A stretch of 62,332 nt of DNA, counting the filler, from Nemertoderma westbladi (Eukaryota; Animalia; Xenacoelomorpha), in assembly GCA_032718475.1 (NCBI GenBank). It is 4 parts of 4 records of this genome, joined end to end, with 100 filler letters (N's around TTAATTAATTAA, not from the genome) between each part and the next. Parts side by side here need not be neighbours in the genome. Positions count along the whole stretch, not along the records: positions 38,050 to 53,262 come from JAUCBJ010005363.1; positions 53,363 to 62,332 come from JAUCBJ010000415.1; 2 more parts are not named here. One strand, given 5' to 3'. How positions within the stretch are numbered: the first letter of the stretch is position 1; every line of letters begins with the position of its first letter. Shown here piece by piece: positions 52,863-62,332 of the stretch. The notes below the pieces were generated by a model. The model was not told the DNA's origin. It saw only the letters and a program-made list of their open reading frames with translations, and made no database searches. The position numbers were made by a program, and so were the translations under genes.

Positions 52863-53262
52863 ACAAGTCCCTAAAAGGTGCCACCCTGCTCCACAGCGCG
52901 GGAAATTCAAATCATTGAAAGACATGTAATTTGTACTGGAAAGGGTGGCAGATCAGATCTGCTACTGCTACCTATATTTTGGCGGTAAATTCAAATCTGT
53001 TTTAACATTGAATACATGAATAGAGTACGACTAATGTAATTCATTGAATCAGAATAAATTATTTCTTATCGGTTTAACTCACCCATCCGTTATTGTTGTT
53101 GTTTTATCTATTCTGGGACTTCGAGCAGTACGTGAACAACTAAACCTCACGTTAACTAGTCTTGGTCATAGGAGCAGCACGTGAACAACTAAACTGGCTG
53201 GTTACCTAGTCTGAGACTTCGAGCAAAATTGCAAATTGAGGAGGGGGGGGGGGGGGGTGGGG
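52863..53262 (+). mobile_element. Arm of an unclassified repeat family (second copy at 61504)
   Basis: acaagtccctaaaaggtgccaccctgctcc... ~350 bp colinear with 61504-61855, ending in ~50-bp repeats and gcaaaattgcaaattgagga(G)n. Confidence 0.8.
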
Positions 53263-53362
53263 NNNNNNNNNNNNNNNNNNNNNNNNNNNNNNNNNNNNNN
53301 NNNNNNTTAATTAATTAANNNNNNNNNNNNNNNNNNNNNNNNNNNNNNNNNNNNNNNNNNNN
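53263..53362. other. Artificial contig linker
   Basis: N44-TTAATTAATTAA-N44. Confidence 0.98.
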
Positions 53363-53672
53363 GACCCATTATTGACTTAATTTAGTTTCAAGCTTTCAAC
53401 TACCAGACTACCCTGCCGGTTCCAGACGGTCGGACGGTTGCTTTTACAAAATTAGCTAGGCATAAAGTCATAAACTACTATTAATCTTACGTTTTAGCCA
53501 AAATAGTCCTTGGTTTGAGCCTATTGGTAGCAGTAGTGCCAGAGTGCCGGTACGTATAACTTACCAGCTTACTAACTTATGCTTTTCAAAAAAGCTTTCA
53601 GTTTCAACTTAAGGCTAGGCCTGCCTGTCTGTATGTTTATAGCAAGGACTACTATTTACTTATACTAGTATA

Positions 53673-54645
53673 CACCATGTCCCAGAATATAGTGTCGTAA
53701 TTCAGTGGCACGCCCCCCACCCCCCGAATTTTTCTTCAAATCGTAATGAGATTTCATGAAATTTGAAACAGAGATAGTTTCACCTCCCGACCACTGACTG
53801 GGTGAGCCAGAATTTTTATTTTTGCTTTCAATCTTTAGCTACATGCGTTTAAAAAAAGTGTCTCCAGCGATATTACACCAGTTACACCGCAGTTATTCTT
53901 CTACCTTATAGCTGTTTGTTGGTACCAATGGAAAGCTGGCCATGCAAGGATTCCACATATGTAACACAATTTGAATTTCGTTGAAAAATAGCTGAGATAT
54001 GGGCGTTCAAATGTTGCATGGTTTTGCACTGGCGCGAGGTTATTTTATTCTATTTAATAAATAAACCATATTCTGGAACATTTTTTAAATGTATGAATAG
54101 CTACGTAATAGTATGATTAAAGATGTAATGCATTGTTGCCCAGCTACGTATTTGGATAAACAAAATATTCCAGATTATGATGCATTTATTAAATAGAATA
54201 AAATAGCCTCGCGCCGGTGCAAAACCATGCAACATTTGAATGCTCATATCTCAGATATTTTTCAACGCAATTCAAATTGTGTTACATATTTGGAATCCTT
54301 GTACGGTCAGGTGTAATATCGCTGGAGACACTTTTTTTAAACGCTTGTAGCTAAACATTGAAAGCAAAATTAAAAATTCTGGCTCACCCAGTCAGTGGTC
54401 GGGAGGTGAAACTATCTCTGTTTCAAACCGTCGACTTTGGCCTTTTTTTATTATAAGTTTTTATGTATAGTGCAATATGCATGTTAACTGCCTTGAATCA
54501 GCATGCTGGTTCAAGTTTTAAAGGCTAATAAATATATATATTGATATTGATTGATTGATAAATTTCATGCAATCTCATTACGATTTGTAAAAAAATTAGG
54601 TGGGGGGTGTCACTGAATTACGACACTATATTCTGGGACATGGTG
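53673..54645. mobile_element. Complete copy of the CACCATGTCC palindromic Tc1/mariner-like MITE
   Basis: TA|caccatgtcccagaatatagtgtcgtaattcagtg ... cactgaattacgacactatattctgggacatggtg|TA. Arms are inverted over most of the length; extra ~130 bp at ~54428-54558. Confidence 0.9.
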
Positions 54646-54699
54646 TAGTGTAGTAGTCCTTGGTTTATAGCTTTAAGCAGGGATTTCACTGGAGCATTT

Positions 54700-54820
54700 T
54701 CTTGATAGCAGGATGCTGCTAGTGCAGAAGTGCTAACATAATTAGGATATTCAAGGCCTGTATCCTTTAAGATGCATCTCAAGTAAAACATGGACTATCC
54801 ACCATGCTTATTTATTCTCT
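54700..54820 (-). mobile_element. Degenerate 3' fragment of the RTE LINE family
   Basis: tcctttaagatgcatctcaag...tccaccatgcttattta resembles 12029-12082. Confidence 0.6.
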
Positions 54821-55589
54821 CTATGAACCACTCAATCACAATAAGTCACTGTCCAGGTGAAAGTAATTCGCGAATGGAGGAATTCGTTCGTGAAAGGGAA
54901 ACGTACTTTACCGCGGACGTGGACCGTATGCTATCTGGAAAATGCGCACGGCAATGGCGTAACGATAATTAATCATATTGTATTTAATTTCGCGCAGTTT
55001 AATTATACTGAATGTTACATTCTGGTTACTATGGGATAAATAATCTCAGATAAAAAAATTATATATTAGGAGGTATAAGGAGGCAGGCAGTATTATCCAT
55101 GGAAGATAGATTAACATATTTAGTTAAACATATTACGTTGAATAACATTACCGTTATTGAATAGATATTTATTTTCTTTCTGTTGGTTACATATACAAAT
55201 TTTAACAAATACATATTAACAACATTAACCCATAAAATTTAACCAATATTTAAAAAAAATTATAGTGTGAGACGACCACCACAGAAGACTAATAGCCAGG
55301 CTAGTGCCGTCTTGCTGTGGTGACCAGAACCAACAGGGGGGGGGGGGGGGGGGGGGGTGCCTGGTCCTTGGAAATTTCGAATATAGGCTATTACAGTACA
55401 CATACACGTGTGAATTGTGTAACGTAAATCAAACAGTTTAACTACATTGTGGCTCGCATATATTTTAATTCTGTTTCAATTTTTATTGAGATTATTACCT
55501 TTATTTTTGTATGATTGAATATTCAAATTAAAATTAACGGTAAATGTTATAGCTCTGAAAATAAGTGATTTCTTAAGTTTGACGTAAAA

Positions 55590-55905
55590 TACGATTTTGA
55601 ATCCACGAAAACTCACTGATCTCTGTGAGGAAGTTAGGTGACATAGTGGTATTGAGAAGTTGCCATGGGAAGTGCTGCGGTTAGGGTAGTTGTGGACTGA
55701 AAAACGTTTTTGGAATAGTTTACCGAGGGTGGAATTGGGGCTTATGGTTTTCGAATAAATATCGTACATGAAGGTGCAAACTGATAGTTCATAGAGTTTG
55801 TTAAGTGGTAAAATATTTAATTGTTTGTAAATGGGAATTGATGACGATCTGTAGTGTGAAAATGTAATACAGCGTAAAAGTTTATTCAACTTATTTATAC
55901 AAACC
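55590..55905 (-). mobile_element. 3' remnant of a CR1/L2-type LINE ORF2
   Basis: S.PIYKQLNILPLNKLYELSVCTFMY...HNYPNRS...SVSFRG is typical of CR1/L2 C-termini. Confidence 0.65.
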
Positions 55906-56135
55906 ATTAATCAAAATAACATATAATTTAATAATTTATGCCAGAATCAGATTCTCCATCACCGTTATACTATAGTGAGAGTGGTTGACTAGCAATAGGC
56001 TGATAGAATTAGCAGTAATCTGTATTCTGTTACACTGATAATGTAGGAGCAGCACTCTTAAAACAGAGCCAGGGCCATGCATACTGTAAGATTGTATTTA
56101 AACAACGCGAAATTAAATATATGAATGGGAGAATC

Positions 56136-56367
56136 TTTTAGGCTCGTTAAGCCAAGGAATGCCTGTTCACCACCATGGGTGATCTTCCACAGTAAACCCT
56201 TCCACTCTGTTTCCCAAGTTGCCTTGGTTCCCATTTATCGAACACTGAAGGATGAAAGCCGGGGTTGGGCTAGGCTGCAGCATTTAAAGCACTGTACCCA
56301 AACAGTGCTGCCCCATCTAGGGATCGAACCCGGGCTCCCTAATTGGAAGCCCAGTAATGTCACCACT
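56136..56367 (-). mobile_element. tRNA-derived SINE with Nin/Deu-like central domain
   Basis: Minus strand: AGTGG..GGCTTCCAA..CCCGGGTTCGATCCC (partial A box, B box, tRNA-Gly-like), then GGCTTTCATCCTTCAGTGTTCGATAAATGGGAACC. Confidence 0.7.
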
Positions 56368-57089
56368 TAAATATATACAATATAAGTAATTCTCGTTGCG
56401 CCGTTGTGTAGTTACCAGAGAGCCCAAACCGTATGCTTACAGATAGATGCATGGAAGTCAGTGGCCCATCATCACCATCATATATATGATGAATAATGAG
56501 TTCGGGTGCAATCGCACAATTCAACAATGAAAAAAGCATCCCAGCTTTCGATAAGTTGTTAACTTTAAGGAACTAGTTTAGTCCACCCATCTGTTATGGG
56601 AACCAGCCTTGGTATTGAGACTTTACGTCACTGGTGTAACATTTTAAAAGTTGGCTTTTGTTGTTCAAGAGATACATGAAAGGAAAGGGTACATGAATGC
56701 GAAGTAGGAAGGTTAAGGTTGTGGTCGTACTTGAACAAGAAGTGACGAAAACATCCAACCAATACATAATAATATGGCTAGTGGCTACACGACAACGGTT
56801 AGCAAAGAGACAGGAGACACAAATAAATACACAGTTTTTTTAATGTATAATTATATATTCACTAAATTAAAGATAGCTTAACGTATGAGTTATTAAACGG
56901 GATTAACATATAGGATAGGCTGGCCTGCGCCAAATAAATATAGTATAGAAATAGGAGGATCCACCCCGCACCCACAATGCACACAAGGAAAAGACTGAAG
57001 GTCACAGCCGAGCCCCGATATCTACCGAGTCACAAAAATCCAACCGTTGAATAAATTAATAAATAGTTCGAGTAGCCAAACCATAGTCT

Positions 57090-58148
<1,059 letters not shown>

Positions 58149-58458
58149 CTAATAACAGAAACGTAAACAAATATAAACCACTACTGGGATATGCAAGTAT
58201 ACGGCCATTATTTATTAATTGTTAAACTATACTTTATATTTCATATTTCTATAAATTAATAGCGCAAATATATAATAATTATATAAAAAATTTTAAAATA
58301 AGCAATATCCGTACTATAGGCCGCAGCGCACTGATAAGAAAATTATAATTTACATTTATTTACTATTAGTTTGTAAATAGAAAGCTAGTAACCATTCCAA
58401 CTTCCCAGGGTCATATAATAGGAGGACAGGATACAACGATCAGCTTCCTGTACAGTAA

Positions 58459-58735
58459 GGTTCCACCTTGGTGTAGTGGTTGCATTGAATTCACATCTCC
58501 CATAGGTCGTGGGTTCGATCCTCACATGGGCGAGGGCAGTTTTCGTTTCGGCACGAATGCTTTAAAGGGACCAGCCAGGGCGCATCTCTGCCTTGCATCC
58601 TAAGTGGTAGCTAAATGAGTACTGGAGTTTCCTCTGGGGAGTAAAGTACTGGCGGGACCGCACTGGAAATAAGTCGTCAGACTTTGTGCGTAATCCCTGG
58701 CCTAGCGGCCGAAGAAAATTTACTTTTCTTTTACT
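58459..58735 (+). mobile_element. tRNA-derived SINE with Nin/Deu-like domain inside the SEC23 intron
   Basis: A box TGGTGTAGTGG, B box GGGTTCGATCC, then CTCTGCCTTGCATCCTAAGTGGTAGCTAAATGAGTAC, and a TTTAC-like tail. Confidence 0.7.
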
Positions 58736-59005
58736 TCCTACATTGATGGGTTCTTGATTTCTAAGCGAATAGCCAGACAGACAGGCAAACAAACAAACAT
58801 AATAACATTCATAAACGCACATAAATGCACTGTAAACGCACAGATTATAAATCTGAAACATTATTTAGACTCCATTGAACTAATAGTCTCTAGTGCATAA
58901 AATTATTCAATTGATATACGCAGCTTACCTTAACTTCTTAATCTCCCTAAATGTTGAATCTCCACTCCAACTTACTTACCTTTATCTCACTGAGGGTTTT
59001 AATCA

Positions 59006-60400
<1,395 letters not shown>

Positions 60401-61503
60401 TTAATAGAAATAATATTTAAATAAATATTTAATAGAAAATACTAAATAAGGTGGATGGTGGGAATTGGGAACATGGGCTTTTCACTAATATAAGCCTACA
60501 CTAGGGGAAAAATACACCGGGAGTGAGAATACACTAGGGAGATTTAACCGGGGATGGCTGGATGGATTAGCAAAGAGTGAAAATTGATAAATGCTTGCAG
60601 ACCCCTAGATCCCTTCCTATAATAAATGTAGCCGGGTGAGTTTACACCGGACAGCTGGAGGAGGTCAGGAGGTTAAAATACCGGTACACTACCCACTATG
60701 GAAAATACACCCAGTGTCGGGAGTGAGAATACAATATGGAATTTTAACCGGGGGGGCTGGCTGGCTCGGGGGGGGGGGGGGGGGGGGGGGGGGGTTGCAT
60801 GGGGAGTGAAAATTCTCTGTTACACCTGAATTTTTAGGTGGTGTTTTCCCATTCCAATTATTTCCTACCTTTTCACTAAATACGCCAACGCCACCGACAA
60901 CAAAAGACACAAATCGACAGGTAAAATCTGAAAATCGCAAACTGACAGCCAGACAGTGACAGTATGCCGACAACTTTGGCAATGTTAGTAAACAATTTCA
61001 GTACATGATAATACATTGTGACATTGCATAATGTACGGTACTTCACAATTATATCCATAATTATTAAAGCCAGTTAAAGCAAAGTTTTATGTTAAAGCAA
61101 AGGCACAGTAACAAACATAAACGGATACTTTAGTCCTTATTGTTTACGCAAATCCAACGTTACAATATGAACCTAGCATATATGTTATATGGGATAAAGA
61201 AAGGGACGAATAGTTAGGAAGTGTTCTGTCCATCCTTGGGAGTTAGTGTTACGCATCCCTTCTTTTAAGGTAACATCCGAGAGAGAGAGGAGCTTCCGGT
61301 GTTTCATGTTTCACTTCCTTCATGTTCACGTCACATAGGTCAGTAGGTATATATCAATTACAACACACAATTGTGCAGCTATATCTGTATATCAGTATAT
61401 GTAAGGTAATAAATTTCGGCATTGTATCGTACTATTCAGCTATTATTGTATGTACCCTATGTCAGGAGAGTGTCAGTCTGCCAGTATCAGAGTATCAGAG
61501 TAT

Positions 61504-61942
61504 ACAAGTCCCTTAAAGGTGCCACCCTGCTCCATAGCGCGGGAAATTCAAATGATTGAAAGACATGTTATTTGTACCGGAAAGGGTGGCAGATCAGATC
61601 TGCCACCTATATATTGGCGGTAAATTCAAATCTGTTTTAACATTGAATACATTAATAGAGTAAGACCAATCTGCCAATGTATTTCATTGAATCAGAATAA
61701 ATTATTTATTATAGGTTTAACTCACTCATCCGGTAATGTTGTTGATTTATCTATTCTGGGACTTCGAGCAGCACGTGAACAACTAAACCAGCACGTTAAC
61801 TAGTCTGGGGCTTCGAGCAGCACGTGAACAACTAAACTGACTGGTTAACTAGTCTGGTACATGTCTGGGACAGATATAGCACAAGCAAATAATAAATGTT
61901 CTTTACATTTTACTGATAGAAGTTAAGCCAAATCCCCCCGAT

Positions 61943-61974
<32 letters not shown>

Positions 61975-62332
61975 TCAATTTGCAATTTTGCTCGAAGTCC
62001 CAGACTAGTTAACCAGTCAGCTTAGTTGTTCACGTGCTACTGGAAGTCCCAGACTATAGTTAACCAGTCAGCTTAGTTGTTCACGTGCTGCTTGAAGCCC
62101 CAGACTAGTTAACGTGCTGGTTTAGTTTTTCACGTGCTGCTCGAAGCCCCAAACTAGTTAACGTGCTGGTTTAGCTTAGTTCACGTGCTGCTCGAAGCCC
62201 CAAACTAGTTAACGTGCTGGTTTAGTTGCTCACGTGCTGCTCGAAGCCCCAGACTAGTTAACAAGTGCTGGCTTAGTTGTTCACGTGCTACTCGAAGTCC
62301 CAGACTATAGTTAACCAGTCAGATTAGTTGTT
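61504..62332. mobile_element. Foldback-like element with ~50-bp tandem repeats in opposite orientations
   Basis: 61504-61855 matches 52863-53220. From ~61945 the (C)n-tcctcaatttgcaattttgc motif and the repeats (cacgtgctgctcgaagccccagactagttaac) appear reverse-complemented up to the window end. Confidence 0.75.

Noticed and set aside
20498-53362. TTAATTAATTAA motif in N runs, and apparent neighbourhood across them
   Set aside because: Artificial six-frame-stop linkers; no linkage can be inferred between the four contigs.

Overview
Eukaryotic (animal, most likely invertebrate) genomic DNA. It is not one locus: four unrelated contigs are joined by artificial N44-TTAATTAATTAA-N44 linkers at 20498-20597, 37950-38049 and 53263-53362. 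Recognisable host genes are the first exon of a neuropeptide-type rhodopsin GPCR, an intronless HGD, two ATAD2 bromodomain-region exons, a two-exon SEC23, a probable B-lectin exon and a centrin 3' fragment. The rest is dense, nested mobile DNA: RTE LINEs, palindromic Tc1/mariner-like MITEs, foldback elements, Helitron-like elements, Nin/Deu-type SINEs, a decayed CsRn1-like Ty3/gypsy element and a 12 kb 50-bp satellite. The best candidates for novelty are three. (1) An intact 844-aa ORF fusing a DEDDy 3'-5' exonuclease-like domain to three CCHC zinc knuckles, lying just upstream of a polypurine tract and LTR, i.e. in the env position of an LTR retroelement. (2) An ATAD2 intron built almost entirely from about 50 tandem copies of its own 5' splice junction. 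(3) A second large LTR-like element whose long leader holds a duplicated, perfectly conserved, structured 107-nt core. All family calls are from motif recognition only; no database searches were run.
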